Shown: positions 11,191 to 24,741 of the stretch, piece after piece
How the letters are laid out: every line of letters starts with the position of its first letter
Position numbering within the stretch: position 1 is the first letter of the stretch
NCBI GenBank assembly: GCA_043228905.1
Contig: JBHGNT010000001.1
Span: 22,444,001 to 22,508,000, forward strand
Length of the DNA: 64,000 nucleotides
Direction of reading: 5' to 3'
Source of the DNA: Azolla caroliniana
Taxonomy: Eukaryota > Plantae > Polypodiophyta
Position numbers and translations under genes: made by a program
Notes under the pieces: model-generated
The model's database searches: none
Seen by the model: the letters and a program-made list of their open reading frames with translations, nothing else
What the model was told of the DNA's origin: nothing

Positions 11191-11974
11191 GAGCATGCCC
11201 AAGTTCTATTGGGCCGAAGTGGTCCGAACCGCGGTCTACATCTAGAATCGGATCGGAGAAAAAGTGTCGGCACATGAGCTGTATTTCGGAAGGAAGCCGA
11301 ATCTACGACACTTGAGAGTTTTCAATAGCATCATGTATGTGCATGTGCCGAAGGATAAGCGGAGGAAGCTGGACCGAAAGTTGAGAAGTGTATCTTGGTT
11401 GGCTATTTGGATGAAAAGAAGGGTTATAAGTGTTATAACCCCCGAACCAAACAAGCTCACGTAAGTCGCGATGTCGTGTTCAATGAGTCTGTGTCTTGGT
11501 ATTCGCCTCCGATTACGTCCTCACCTCGAATCCGAGTTTTGAAGATGAGGTCAACGAGGTCAAGATACCTCCTGATGAAGGCAAAGTCGGAACTCTTGAA
11601 GAGAGTCCGATCTCATTTTGACTAAGTGGACCGAATGAGCGACTGAGTCGGTTTGACCAGTTAGATGAAGAGACGGTGAGTAGTTGCGACTCAGTCGTGC
11701 ATTCCCCACGCAAGAAGCCGATGAGACGGCTTCGCACAAAGAAAAGGGAAAGAAGAAGGTGCCAAAGTACGGCACGTATAGGGACGAGTTGGATCAACGC
11801 GAATCCGACTCCGAGAAGAGCAATGACGGGCCTTCAAGAACGAACCCCGCATTGGCCAGAACGGCCTCAACATCGGTTAATGAGCAATTACGCCGATCTA
11901 TCTGCCAGAAGAACCCTGTTGTGTGGTTTGGATACAACGAGTACATGGCGCATCAATATGCGTACATGACACGT
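11191..11974 (+). pseudogene. pol: Copia family D fragment D0 (INT C-terminus), host of gypsy E
   Basis: SMPKFYWAE..SAHELYFGRKPNLRHL..KKGYKCYNP. The reading continues at 30585. Confidence 0.9.
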
Positions 11975-12113
11975 TGTCATGAAGAAAACCATCCATAAAG
12001 GGAATCGGGGATCAAAGCGCATGAACCGGCGCGTACACATAGGTGTACGAAATTAAAATAACTTGTACATAGCTAAGAATAGGTCAACGCGATGTAATGA
12101 GATGAGATAGAAC

Positions 12114-12679
12114 TGTTGAGGGGCAAGCTCAACCGGATCTGGATCGGCATCCGGAAGGATGAGCCAAATCGGTGAGCCGGTGAGCTAGGGAGCCGTTTAA
12201 CCGGATCAAGCAGTAACCGGAAGGCTAGTAGCAGCCTAAGACTACTAGGTAGTTAATGTCACGTAGTTAGTGTCAGACGCTCGTGTGAGCATTGAAGTAC
12301 ATTGAACTTCTGTCAGTCGTCTTAGGACTTGTATAAATAGTGTTGTTGAGCACGTTGTATATACAGAGAATTTTACAGAGTTGTGGATAATAGATTTAAA
12401 TTGTTCTGCTCTCTCTCTCTCTCTGTCTCTATCTCTCCTACGTACCTTCTGTGGGTTAATCTCTCTCTCTCTCTCTCTGAGCTTGTATAAATAGTGTTAT
12501 TGAGCATGTTGTATATACAAATAATTTTATAGAGTTGTTGATAATAGATTTAAGTTGTTCTGCTCTCTGTCTTTGTCGCTCCTGCGTACCTTTTGTGTGT
12601 TAATCTCTCTCTCTCTCTCTCTCTCTATTTCTATCTGACTAAGCTGGTTGTCTAACGCTTCGGCACCTTCATTTTTACA
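12114..12679 (+). repeat. 5' LTR of D1 with an internal 154-bp tandem duplication
   Basis: The CTTGTATAAATAG block occurs at both 12328 and 12482. Confidence 0.92.
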
Positions 12680-12770
12680 TGGTATCAGAGCACGAGGGTT
12701 GAGAACCTTTGCAGCCGACATCAGCATTTAAAGACAAACCCTAAGACCCGGTAAGAACAGAAAGGGAAGT

Positions 12771-15700
12771 GATGGACAGAGGAATGGCTAGCTCGCTCCC
12801 GGTGGAGAAGCTCGACAGATGCACCAGTACCTGCTTGGGCATGGTTACTGGAGCTATGTCGACGGAGCTAGCAACACAGCACCTGATGCGGCACACAAGG
12901 ACTTCCTAGTGTGGGCACAAGTGGCAAGTAGAGTGATGTACTACTTTGCGTCCAGCGTCGGAGACCAGCTTCTGAGCCATGTTAGAGATGCCAAGACACC
13001 AAAAGAAGCTTGGGGAAACCTGAAGAAGGTTTTCGCGGGAAGCTACAACTCTGACAGGAGTTGAGCAATGTCCGACAGAAGGACATGTCGGTAGCCGATT
13101 ACATAGCCCAAATCAAAGAGATCTGTTACTCACTTGCCTCTATCAACGTCACCGTAGAGGAAGATGAGATGGTGCAGATCTGTCTTGGGGGCCTAATGTC
13201 TAAGTTCAGAGTGTTCCGAACGGCGGTATGTACAAGGGAGAATACATCGTCATTTTTCGACTTAAAGTCTATGCTCCTTGTAGAGGAGAACTACGCCAGT
13301 GCGCCAACAAGTGCAGTCACCAACAGCCAGATATTGTACACGGAGGTGGATCGGCCCTGTGGGCGTGGTGGACGAGGCGGTGGGTAGGCTCGCAATGGTA
13401 GTGGCTGGCAAGAGCAGGACTGAAGGCACAGAGAATGTGCCGACAGCAGTTCCGGACCCTCCACAAGTTGGGGGAGTCAAGGCGGTACCGGAGGCTGGAA
13501 AGCAAAGGCCGACATGGAATGCTGGTACTGTGGTAAAAAGGGACATTGAGAAAGCGAGTGCTGGAAGAAGCATGCCGATTCAGACAGATCCGGATCCAGC
13601 CAGGCCGGCAGAGAGAACCGGCAATACTCGCACTACGCAGAAGGATCGGGAGGATCCAAAACCGGAAAAACCGGTAAAGGGCCACCCTTGGTGATGAAAC
13701 ACGAGGCTAACTCGATGAAGAAGACCACTTCCAAATCAGAGGAAGTGTGGTACGTTGATTCCGGTGCGTCGAAGCACATGACAAGGCAAAAAGAGTGGTT
13801 CTCTTTCTTGGAGAAACCGGAACAACCGGGAGTCGTCGAAACCGGAGACGACACTCCTCACCCAATCGTGCATATCGGAGAAGTCCCTTTGAGCCACGTC
13901 GAAGAGAGGGGGAAGTTGATGAACGTATTACATGTTTCGACTATCACGAAGAACCAGATGTGAGTCGGTCAGATTTTTAACCAGGGGATACAAGTGCGGT
14001 TTACGCACCATGGGTGCTTCATCGAGGAAGAGGGCCAGATTATGGCGCAAGGGCACAAAGATGGGAGGATGTTCATCCTCAACACCAATGATGTCGGCAC
14101 CACTTGGTTCGCCCAAGGACAAAAGATTGAATTGGATATTGATCTCTGGCACAAGCGGATCGACCACGTCAATTACCGGAGGTTTCAAGACCTGCAAACG
14201 AAACAAGTTGTTTTCGGTTTGCCGAAGTTCAGTGGCTGTAAGGTCACAATATGTGAAGCTTGCCAACTCAGGAAGCAACACCAGTTTCCATTCCCCACCG
14301 AACGAAACCGTAGCCGTAATAAGCCCAACCTTATTCATTCGGATGTATGGGGACCGACATAGAACGTTAGTCTTGACGGGAGTCGATATTTCATCTCCTT
14401 CATCGACGACTATAGTCGGCACACGTGGATCTACCTTAGCGAGAGGAAGAGTGAAGTCTTCGAGTGTTTCTGAAACCTTCAAAGTTTGGTTGAATGGGAA
14501 ACAGAGAGGAAGATCAAGTGCCTGCGGCCGGATGGCAGGAATAATACTTTTCCGGTCAATTCAACAGTTATCTGCAGCAGAATGGAATTCAGAGAGAATT
14601 CAACTGTAGGTACACACCGGAGCAAAATGGTGTGGCCGAAAGGAAGAACCGGTCGATTCTCGACGTCGCAAGGGCAATGTTGAAGGAGAAGAGCATGCCC
14701 CATTTCTATTGGGCTAAGGCGGTCCGGACGACCGTCTATATCCAAAACCGGATCGGTGACAAGGTGTCCGCGCATGAGCTGTATTTCGGGCGCAAGCCGA
14801 ATTTGAGACACCTTCAGATATTTGGTAGCATTGCACATGTGCATGTGCCGGATGAGAAGCGGAGGAAGTTGGATGCAAAGTCGGAGAAATGCATCTTGTT
14901 CGGTTACTCGCATGAGCAAAAGGGGTATAAGTGTTATAACCCCCAGAGGAAGCAGGTCCAAGTTAGCCGGGATGTTGAGTTTGATGAGACGACATCGTGG
15001 TATGCCTTACCGGCTCCGACTTCGGACCCCGACCTGATACCGGACGATGAAGCTAGTGAGCCTAAACCGGTCCAGTTAGAAGAAGAAGGGTTCGAGACTC
15101 TAGATGTGAGTCCGGAATCGTTTCGGTTGAGTGGGCGAACGAGCGACTGGGTCAGACAGACCAGTCGGAAGATGAACCGGTAAGTAGTGGAGACTCTACC
15201 GTGTTCCCCCCACGCAAGGAACCAAGGAGATAGTTCACGCGCAAGGAAAAGGGGAAGAGGAAGATGTTGGAGCACGAGACCGGCAATAGTGAGTCGGATA
15301 GGAGCGGATCCAACTCCGAAAAAGAAGAAGGCGGATCTTTGGTAATGAATACCGAACCGGCCAAGAAGGGCCTCAAACAGGGTAATGATAAATTACGCCA
15401 GTCTTCCCGCCAAAAGAACCCCGTGAAGCGGTACGGGTACAATGAGTACATGGCGCATCACTATGTGTACATGACCAAGGTGGTGGAAGTGCGTGAGCCG
15501 GAGAGCTACACAGAAGCGGCAAAGTATGCAAATTGGCGTGCCGCTATGGAGGAAGAAATGCGGGCACTTGATGCCAACGACACATGCGACCTAGTTGACC
15601 CTCCCCGACATTGTAAACTGATTGGATGTAAGTGGGTGTACAAGGTAAAGTACAATGCTGACGGTTCGGTTAACCGGTACAAAGCCCAGTTAGTGGCGAA

Positions 15701-17659
15701 GGGATAACGCGCAGACCCACGGAAGCGACTATGACGAGACCTTCGCTCCGGTAGCGAAGATGACGACAGTTCGTGTGGTGATTGCGGTTGCTGCCGCAAG
15801 GGGGTGGCATCTTCACCAGATGGACGTGAAGAATGCATTTCTTCAAGGCGATCTTTAAGAAGAGGTCTTTATGACCGAACCCCCTGATTTCCATTCGGAG
15901 ATGAATAAGTCGGCGGTATGCCGACTGAAGAAGTCACTTTATGGCCTGAAGCAAGACCCCCGAGCTTGGAATGCGAAGATTACGCACCAGTTGTGTAAGA
16001 TGGGGTTTGCGGCCTCCAAGTCCGACTCTTCGCCATTCATCCGGAAAGGTCCGGACGGTTCGGTTTGCATCTTGTTGTATGTTGATGATCTAGTCATCAC
16101 CGGACCTAGACTTGATGAAATCAGCCGAGTCATGTCCCAGCTGTCGGACGCATTTGAGATGAAGGACCTAGGGGACCTTCACTATTTCTTTGGGATCGAG
16201 GTGATCTAAACCCCCGACGACATATTGTTTTCACAAAGACGAGGCTAATATGTTGTACAAGTTCGGCATGACGTAATGCCGACTGATCTCCACACCCCTA
16301 GATTGGAACCAGAAGCTCCATCCTGACTCTGGACCGGCCTACGATGAGAAGCGGTTTTGACAAATCATCGAAAGCCTTATATATTTGACAATCACCCGGC
16401 CCGACATCAGTTATCCGGTTGGCGTGATCAACCAATATATGCAGAAGCCTACCATGGAGCACCTTCTGCGTGCACATCGAATTTTGTGATATGTGATCGG
16501 CACGAAGGACCGGTTATTGTTATACCGGCATGGTATAACCGAAGAGCTAGTCAGCTACACCGATGCTGATTGGGCCGACGATGCATCAGATCGCCGATCC
16601 ACCTTCGGCTATATGTTTTCCCTTGGTAGCGCAGATGTGGCATGGAGTAGCAAAAAGCAGCCAACAATGGCCCTCTCGAGCACTGAGGCTGAATACCGGG
16701 GCGCTACCGTTACCACCTGTGAAGCCATTTGGCTTTGGCGACTGGTGCAAAACCTGCGGATCGAGGTGCCGATCCCGATCTTGATCTACTGCAACAACAT
16801 AAGCAACATGCATCTTGCCAAGAACCCTGTATTCTATGCTTGCACGAAGCACATAGAAGTGCACTACCACTTCGTGTGTGAGCGTGTCCTGAGCAGTGAA
16901 GTTGAACTTCGGTATGCTCATACGGATCGGAAAATTGTTGACATCTCCACCAAACCGCTCAGATCAGACAAGTTGTAGCACTACACTGAAATGCTTCGTG
17001 TTCAACATCTTGATGTGCCACACTTGAGGGGGAGAACGGGCAAAGACACCAGAACGGGCAAAGGCAAAGAAACTGCTGATTGCACCGGTGAGGGAAGAAC
17101 CAACAAAGGAAGAAACAAGAAGAAGATAGGAGTCGAGTCGACAAAGGTAGTTGACACATCCAAACAAGTCGGAACAAGCGGCAACAACGGTAGAGTCAAG
17201 AAGGACTGAGCCAACTAGAAGAAAAAGGCCAAGACCCGGACATGGTCCGATGTGGTGAAGGGCATGGAACTAGAAGACGAATTGGGAACGACCGATTCAG
17301 ACAAGAGCTGGAACGAATTGGAGACAGCCGATTCGGTTCAGCAAACGGATTCGGAAGAACCGGATCAATTCAAGGCTAAGAGGACGAGAAGGTAGTGAAA
17401 GTCGACGCCAATATGAAGGAATCGGTGAATCGGCAAGCTCCGAAGTCACAATAGCAAGGGAACTGAATTGGGCCTATTGAGCAGAGAAGTTGACCAAGGA
17501 GGTTGAGCTGCGCAAAATCAGAAGGGTCGCGGCAAACGGGACCGGACCAGACGAGGAGCGTGAGCGAGGCGGAGTGACGCCAGAAGAAGCCGATTGGAAG
17601 GACCGACTGCCATGGAGATTGACACTATGATCGAACCTCAAGTTGAGGTTGAGGGGGAG
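12771..17659 (+). pseudogene. gag-pol: gag-pol of D1 with a C-terminal extension
   Basis: MHQYLLGHGYW gag, WYVDSGAS protease, IHSDVWGP integrase, LLYVDDLVI RT, YTDADWA RNase H. Many stops and frameshifts. Confidence 0.9.
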
Positions 17660-18091
17660 TGTTGAGTGGCAAGCTCAACCGGATCTGGATCGGCTGAATA
17701 AGCCTGAGCCGGATTAGCATCTGGAAGGATGAGTTGGATCGGTGAGCCGGTCAGCTAGGGAGTTGGTTAGCCGGATCAAGCAGTTATTGGAAGCCTAGTA
17801 ACAGCCTAAGACTACTGGGTAGTTAATGTCACGTAGTTAGTGTCAGACGCTCGTGTGAGCACTGAGGTACACTATAATTCTATTAGTCCTCTTAGGACTT
17901 GTATAAATAGTGCTTTTGACCACGTTGTATATACAAAGAGTTTTACAGAGTTGTTGATAATAGATTTAAGTTGTTCTGCTCTCTCTCTGTCTCTCCTGCG
18001 TACCTTATGTGTGTTAATCTCTCTCTCTCTCTCTCTCTGTTGCTATCTGACTAAGCTGGTTGTCTAACGGTTCCGGACCTTCATTTTTACA
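17660..18091 (+). repeat. 3' LTR of D1
   Basis: Follows the PPT, has TG..CA ends and matches the 5' LTR. Confidence 0.93.
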
Positions 18092-18731
18092 AGAACATAT
18101 TTTGGAAATCGAAGCGTATCTCTACCTAAAGGGATAGAGAATAAGGATGATGTGAAGGGAAATGTGACAATCCTCCCTCGCCAACCTATAACAGGCATGA
18201 GAGAAAGACTGGCGGTTATTGTGTTTTGGGGAGAAATGGGGGGGAGGTGTTGTCGGACTGGGGACCAAGCACTGTTTCTGTGTGATCTCTGTAGGATTTT
18301 GGTTGATTGCCTCTGCTTGCGGGGAAAGCCCAGGTGCTTCTGGCACACGCTCCACTGCGTAACTCGGTTGTGTGTGTGTGCGTGTGCGTGCGTGTGTTTG
18401 GTTGGTCATCGGTGTGCCGGTTGTAATATTAGAAAGGTTATAATCACTTGTTAGTCGTAATCGATTCTTCTTGGGAAGTGGTCTCGTTGTTTAATGGTGA
18501 TATTCTCTAATATGTTGTTCTCTCTGTAACTGATCAAGCACGCTTCTTTGTCTAACTCGCACATAGTTGTGTTCCTGTTTGACCCAATGAGCACGGTGCT
18601 TGCCGGCAACCAGTACTTCTCGGTCCATCACTTCCGTTCTCTTCCTTCTCTACTTTCGTGCACTCCTCGGTTCAGGGCCCTTACGGTTCCGCCTTAGTTT
18701 CCTATGTGCACACGTAAGAACATGACATCTT

Positions 18732-18751
18732 TGGTGAACCCGACGTGAATC
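18732..18751 (+). promoter_or_regulatory. PBS of E complementary to the 3' end of tRNA-Trp
   Basis: TGGTGAACCCGACGTGAATC, 4 nt after the LTR end. It matches the plant tRNA-Trp 3' end as I recall it (..GAUUCACGUCGGGUUCACCA). Confidence 0.85.
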
Positions 18752-18773
18752 AAGGCGGTAGAGGAGTTAGAAG

Positions 18774-19892
18774 ATGAGAGGGTCCGAACTTGCTGAAGCC
18801 ATGGCGGTGGCCGTTGACGGGCTAGTGAACGCTCGCGAGGGTACAGGTCCCTTTGATAAGGCCATTGAGTCGATTGTCGGCATTATAGACTGGTTCGAAG
18901 GGAAGAACACTACAAGTTACCTGGAGAGCTATCGGGCCGAGATGATAATGAGGAACATCCCGGAGGCTAGGCGGCTGACCGGATTCCCTCGGGTGGTGAC
19001 ACCGGGTATCCACGCAGAGGTGCTCGAAGTGCAGGTTGGCAGCTAGACCTGGGAGGACTTCGAAGGGCAGCTCCTCGAGAAGTATGGGTTTGACGACTCG
19101 CTTCGGCTGTCGAAGAGGGACTTCATGGAATGGGTTGAGATACCCGTGAAAGGGAGCAACGTGTCGGCGCTCCTCCAGGAGTTCAAGAGATGGTTTAGGA
19201 CTGTGCTCAAGACTAGTCGGGTCCTTTTATTCGTTGAGTCTGTGGACGTGTAGGCTCGAGAGCAGGTGGGTCTCTTGGTGGAGACGGATGACGGGTTGAC
19301 GGCTGATTGGGCTGTGGTAAAGAGAGTCTGCAGCCGTTTCGACAAGTGGCACAAGTGGAGCGACGAGGGTTCGTCGACAGTGGGACCGGTCGCAGCAAGG
19401 AAGTTCGAGGAGTTGTTGTCGGCACAAAAGGAAGAGACTCAAAGCTGGCTTGAGTCAGACTCGGCTCCAATCGACGTGGTCAAGGGACCATCTGGAGGAT
19501 CAGCTCTAGAGGAGCTGACATAGATGGTGCGTGACCTCTAGATCGCATAGGACCGGAGAGACAATGGAGGACAGCCGCGCAACTGGAAGCCTCCGACCAA
19601 CCATCAATGTATGTGGTGCGAGGCGGTCGGACACGTCCGTAAGGAGTGCGTGGATTTTGTAGAAGCACTTAGGAGCCCCTGGTGTACCTTTGCAATGGGT
19701 GGGTGCACACGCGAGCGAGACCTGGAAAGCCTTGGAGTTGAATACCGGGCGCGGCAGAATGAAGTGGTTGATGGAAGAAGCCACAACATGACACACTGAA
19801 GTCATTCACTACTCGGCATCGGGCGGACAGGTCAGGAGTGACGATGGCAACAAAGGAGCGAAGGACTCTGGATTCTAGCCATCGGTGCTATA
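18774..19892 (+). pseudogene. gag: gag of E (N-terminal part)
   Basis: ORFs 18774..19046 and 19266..19523. CMWCEAVGHVRKEC knuckle. Confidence 0.8.
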
Positions 19893-19951
19893 TGTTGGGA
19901 GACACGTCCCTCCGGATGGGAAGGGAGAAGAACAGTGCCGATGAACAAACT

Positions 19952-20170
19952 GAGGAGGACCTGGCTACGGAGAGCCGGATGATACAGACCCGGTGAAGAC
20001 CGGATGAGGAGTACCCGGCTACGGAGAGCCGGATGATACAGACCCGGTGAAGACCGGATGAGGAGTACCCGGCTACGGAGAGCCGGATGATACAGACCCG
20101 GTGAAGACCGGATGAGGAGTACCCGACTACGGAGAGCCGGATGGCGCAGACCCGGTATGAACCGGATGAA
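19952..20170 (+). repeat. 54-bp tandem repeat, about 4 copies, in U3 of the F 5' LTR
   Basis: Unit GAGGAGTACCCGGCTACGGAGAGCCGGATGATACAGACCCGGTGAAGACCGGAT. Confidence 0.95.
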
Positions 20171-20644
20171 GAGACATATTCGTAAATATGTTTTCTGAGA
20201 GTTCATCGAGGCTATATTTGTAAATAGCCGAAAAGTCATATTAGTATAAATATGACTTAGGGCAAACTTTTAGTTGTTGTTGTTGTCAATTTCTGTTTTG
20301 TACGAGATCAGTGTGTGTAACTGTACAGAGAGAGAGAGAGAAAGAGGTCGTTGCCTCTATTGTAACCGCCGCTTGTGGCAAAGATCTGTGAGCACGAGGT
20401 CGGTGCCTCAGTGAGCTCACTGTTGTATATTCTTACATAGTGACAGTTTGCAGCCTGTGGGCTGCCGTGGTTTTTCCCCTAGTTTGGGGTTTTCCACGTA
20501 AACCTCCTGTGTATTCTCTTCTTCTTTGTGTCGTGTTTATTCCCCGTTTCTTGTGTATCATTCTAAACTTGGTTGTGGCCGAGCGTTGCGCATAAGGAAC
20601 GTTGAGTTTCCGTCAAATGGTATCAGAGCAAAACGACACAGAAA

Positions 20645-23600
20645 ATGGACGAATCGTTTGGCGGCATGTTCAAGCTCACCGGCTCCAACTATTCAGTGTG
20701 GAAGTCGAAGATGAGAGACATGCTCGTGGTTAAAGATCTTTGGCTACTGGTTTAGTTCGGGGACAAGAGACCGGACAAGATCGACGCCACAATATGGGAG
20801 GTGATGCACATGAAGACAACGGCGTACATACGGTGCTTCATCGACATGAGCCTATACAACAACTTCATTGAAGAGAGCAAGGCTGATGAGCTCTAGGAGA
20901 AGATTGGCATAATGTTTCAGAACAAAAATGCAGTCAATCAGGTGTCGGTATTCCGGAAGCTAGTAAGACTCCGGTACCAAGATGGCTCCAGCATGGCGGA
21001 GCACATGAATGCCTTCCAGGGGCTGATCCACCAGGCAACTTCATTGGAAGTACCTCTCGCCGATGAGGTACTAGCGCTACTCCTGATCGGTTCCATCCCG
21101 GATAGCTGGGAGATGTTGGTTGTCACTTTGGGCAACGCCGGGCCGGAAGGAAAGCGGTTATCCCTAGCAAGAGTAAAGTCGAGCTTGCTAGATGAGGAGG
21201 CGCGTCAGAAAGATAAGGATACGAGCTCTGACTCCAAAGCGCTCCTTACCGAATCGGAACGCGGAAGACATAGAAACCGTAGTCCCCAGAACCGGGAGAA
21301 GTCGAGGACACGGTCAAAGTCAAGGGGGAGGCCTACTTGCTTCTATTGCGGCAAGCCGGGACACTTCCAAAAGAACTGTCGGCATTTCCGGAAAGATAAG
21401 GAGACCGACGGTACCGATTCGAAGCGGACCCCGGACCGGAACAGTAAAGACCGGAGGGTGCCGGACCGGAAGGGAACGACGGCAATCGCAGCAAGTGAAG
21501 AAGAGTTGATGCTCATCACCGAGGAGAGTGAGATAAACCTTGCTGGCGACGAGATGACCTGGGTGGTAGACTCCGGAGCGTCGTTCCACCTTACCCTGGA
21601 CCGGAAATGCTTCTCATCCTACTCAGCCGGTGACCACGACTGTGTCCAGATGGGGAATGAAGGTACATGCAGAATTGTCGGCATAGGAGACGTGTGGTTG
21701 TCAACACCACCCGGATGCAGGTTGCTTCTGAAGGATGTACGAGATGTTCCGGAGGTTCGACTGAACCTGATATCAGCCGGTCGGCTAGATGATGAGGGCT
21801 ACACGGGTAGCATCCGGAACGGGAGCCTGATTGTGGCTTGGGCCCGGAAGGTCAACACTGTGTACCTGATGAATGCCTGGTTATGTCCGGAGGAAGTGAA
21901 CGTGGCATCTGACACTGCCGGTGAACTATGGCACAAGAGGCTATGTCACATGAGCGAGAAGGGGATGAAGAGGCTTGCAGAACACAACCTCATTCCAGTG
22001 AAGAACGTGCACTTGGAGAAGTGCACTGATTGTCTGGCCGGTAAGCAGAACCGGACCTCCTTCCGACCAAGGCCACCGATGAGACGTAATGCACCACTGG
22101 AGTTGGTGCATAGGAACGTGTGTCAAGTAGACACGAAGTCACATGCCGGAGCGCAGTACTTCGTGACATTCATAGATGACCACAACCGGAAGCTGTGGGC
22201 TACACCGCTGAAGACGAAGGATCAGGTGCTATCCGTCTTCAAAGAGCTCTACACGAGAGTGGAAAGAGAAACCAGCCGGAAGCTGAAGGCGGTTCGAGCA
22301 GATAACGGAGGAGAGTACCGGGGGCAGTTCGAGGAGTACTGCCGCTCGAAGGAAATCCGGCTCGAATTTACCGTGCCGAAGACGCTGGAACTAAACGGAC
22401 TGGCCGAGAGGATGAACCGGACCATAATGGAGAGGGTCCGGAGTATGCTAGCGCATGCAAAACTACCCAAGAAGTTTTAGGCTGAGGCATTGTCGACGGC
22501 GACATACGTGATAAACAGATCACCCTCGGTACCCTTGGATGGAGACACGCCACAGAGAGTGTGCACCGGTAAGGAAGTGTCCTACCAGTATCTGAAGGTG
22601 TTCGGGTGTCTCGCGTACGTGCATGTAGCTAAGGACCGGAGAGGAAAGCTAGATCCAAAGACCCGGCCATGCATATTCCTCGGTTACGGTGACGATGAGT
22701 TCGGCTACCGAGTGTGGGACCTGGTCGACAAGAAGGTATTCCGGAGTCGAGATATTATCTTCATGGAGAACAAGACGCTCGCTGACTGGGAGTCGGAGAA
22801 GAAGATAATGAACTCCAAGTCGACCGGCAAGGATCGACTCTACGATGAGCAGACCCAACCGGCGAGAGATCGGTTAGCACTCGAAGAACCAGCCGGATAC
22901 GGTGAGGATGCCGAACAGGCTGAAGAAGAAGTAGAGGAAGCCGAATCCAGAACCGGCCAAGACCCCGAATCGGATTCGGATGAAGAGCAGATGGATGAGC
23001 CGGTCACCGAAGCCCAAAGACAGAGATATCCTCTCAAAGAGAGAAGGGCCCCCCGGAGATTTCCGGATGTAGAGCATGTTCTGCTGACCGATGAGGGGGA
23101 GCCGGAAAGCTTCGAAGAAGCGAAGGAAGACACCTAAAGCCGAAAATGGTTAAGTGCCATGCAGGACGAGATGGATTCCCTGCATGAGAACCATACGTAC
23201 GAATTGGTGGAGTTGCCGAAAGGAAAGCGGGCACTCCGAAACAAGTGGGTGTACAAGTTGAAACTGGGTGATGCCGGCAACCCCCCGAGACACAAAGCCA
23301 GGATCGTGGTGAAGGGGTTCCAGCAGAAGAAGGGCGTGGACTTCGACGAGATATTTGCCCCGGTAGTAAAGATGACCTCCATCCGGACGGTGCTGAGTAT
23401 AGCAGCAAGCATGGACCTCGAGGTAGAGCAGCTAGACGTGAAGACGACATTCCCTCACGGCGACCTCGAAGAGGAGATCTACATGCAGCAACCGGAAGGA
23501 CTCGTGGAGAAAGGGAAGGAGCACCTGGTATGCCGGTTGAAGAAGACGCTGTACGGACTGAAGCAGGCTCCCCGACAATGGTACCGAAAGTTCGATTCCT

Positions 23601-24670
23601 TCATGACCGATCAAGGGTACCACAAGACACAGGCCGATCACTGTGTGTTTGTGAAGAAGTTCAAAGGAGGCGACTTCCTAATACTCCTTCTATACGTGGA
23701 TGACATGTTGATCGTCGGATGTGACCAAGTCAAAATACGGATGCTGAAGAAGGCTCTCAACCGGACCTTCTCAATGAAAGACTTGGGTTCGGCAAGACAG
23801 ATGTTGGGGATGCACATCATCGGAACCGGTCAGCGAAGCAATTATGGCTGTCACAGGAGAAGTACGTGACAAAGGTGCTTCACCGGTTCAACATGTCAGA
23901 AGCGAAACCGGTCGGATCGACACTTCCGGCAAACTGCAGGCTATCCGGCAAGCAAATCCCGAAGACGAAAGCAGAGAAGGCGGATATGATGAAGATTCCA
24001 TATGCCTCTGCCATCGGAAGCTTGATGTATGCAATGGTTTGTACTCGACCGGATATAGGATACGCAGTCGGAGTGGTGAACCGGTTCATGAGTAATCTCG
24101 GCAAGGAGCACTGGAATGCGGTCAAATGGATACTCCGGTATTTGAAGGGCACTTCAAATATGTGTCTCCGATTCGGCTCCGGAAAACCTCAACTAGACGG
24201 TTTCACCGATTCGGACATGTCGGCTGATGTGGATACCATCCCGGTCTACATCCGGGTATGTAATGACATATGCAGGGGGAGTTGTTTCGTGGCAGTCGAG
24301 GCTGCAGAAGACGGTTGCATTGTCAACCACGGAGGCGGAGTACATGGCAGCTGTGGAAGCCGGCAAGGAAATTTTATGGATGAAGGACTTCATCAGAGAG
24401 CTCGGTATACGGCAAGAGGAATACCGACTCTATTGCGTCAGTCAAAGTGCCATCCACCTTGCTAAAAATGCGGCCTACCATTCCTGGATGAAGCATATCC
24501 AGCGGAGGTATCACTAGATCTGGGAAATTGTAGATGACCAGGAGTTCGCACTGACGAAGATCCACACGGCCGAGAACGGGTCAGATATGCTGACCAAAGT
24601 GCTGACACCCGACAAGCTGGACGCATGCCGGAAGAGGATTGGACTGGTAAGACACCCCATGCCGGAGTGA
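20645..24670 (+). pseudogene. gag-pol: gag-pol of F
   Basis: ORFs 20912..22480, 22490..23137, 23159..23869, 23866.. and 24227... A few nonsense changes and frameshifts. Confidence 0.93.
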
Positions 24671-24741
24671 AGGGGGAGTTTGTTGGGAGACAGGTCCCTC
24701 CGGATGGGAAGGGAGAAGAACAATGCCAATGAACAAACCGT

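Larger units (their letters stand above)
12114..18091 (+). mobile_element. Copia D1, full length and degenerate, inserted in the 5' LTR of E
   Basis: TSD AGAAC (12109-12113 and 18092-18096). LTRs 12114-12679 and 17660-18091. PBS-Met 12680-12691. PPT 17651-17659. Confidence 0.96.

Noticed and set aside
19952-20170. CRISPR-like array
   Set aside because: The units are head-to-tail with no unique spacers, there are no cas genes, and the context is a eukaryotic LTR.
19832-20239. Antisense ORF with an 18-aa repeat (also 24462..25031)
   Set aside because: It is a by-product of the 54-bp LTR repeat lacking stops in one frame.
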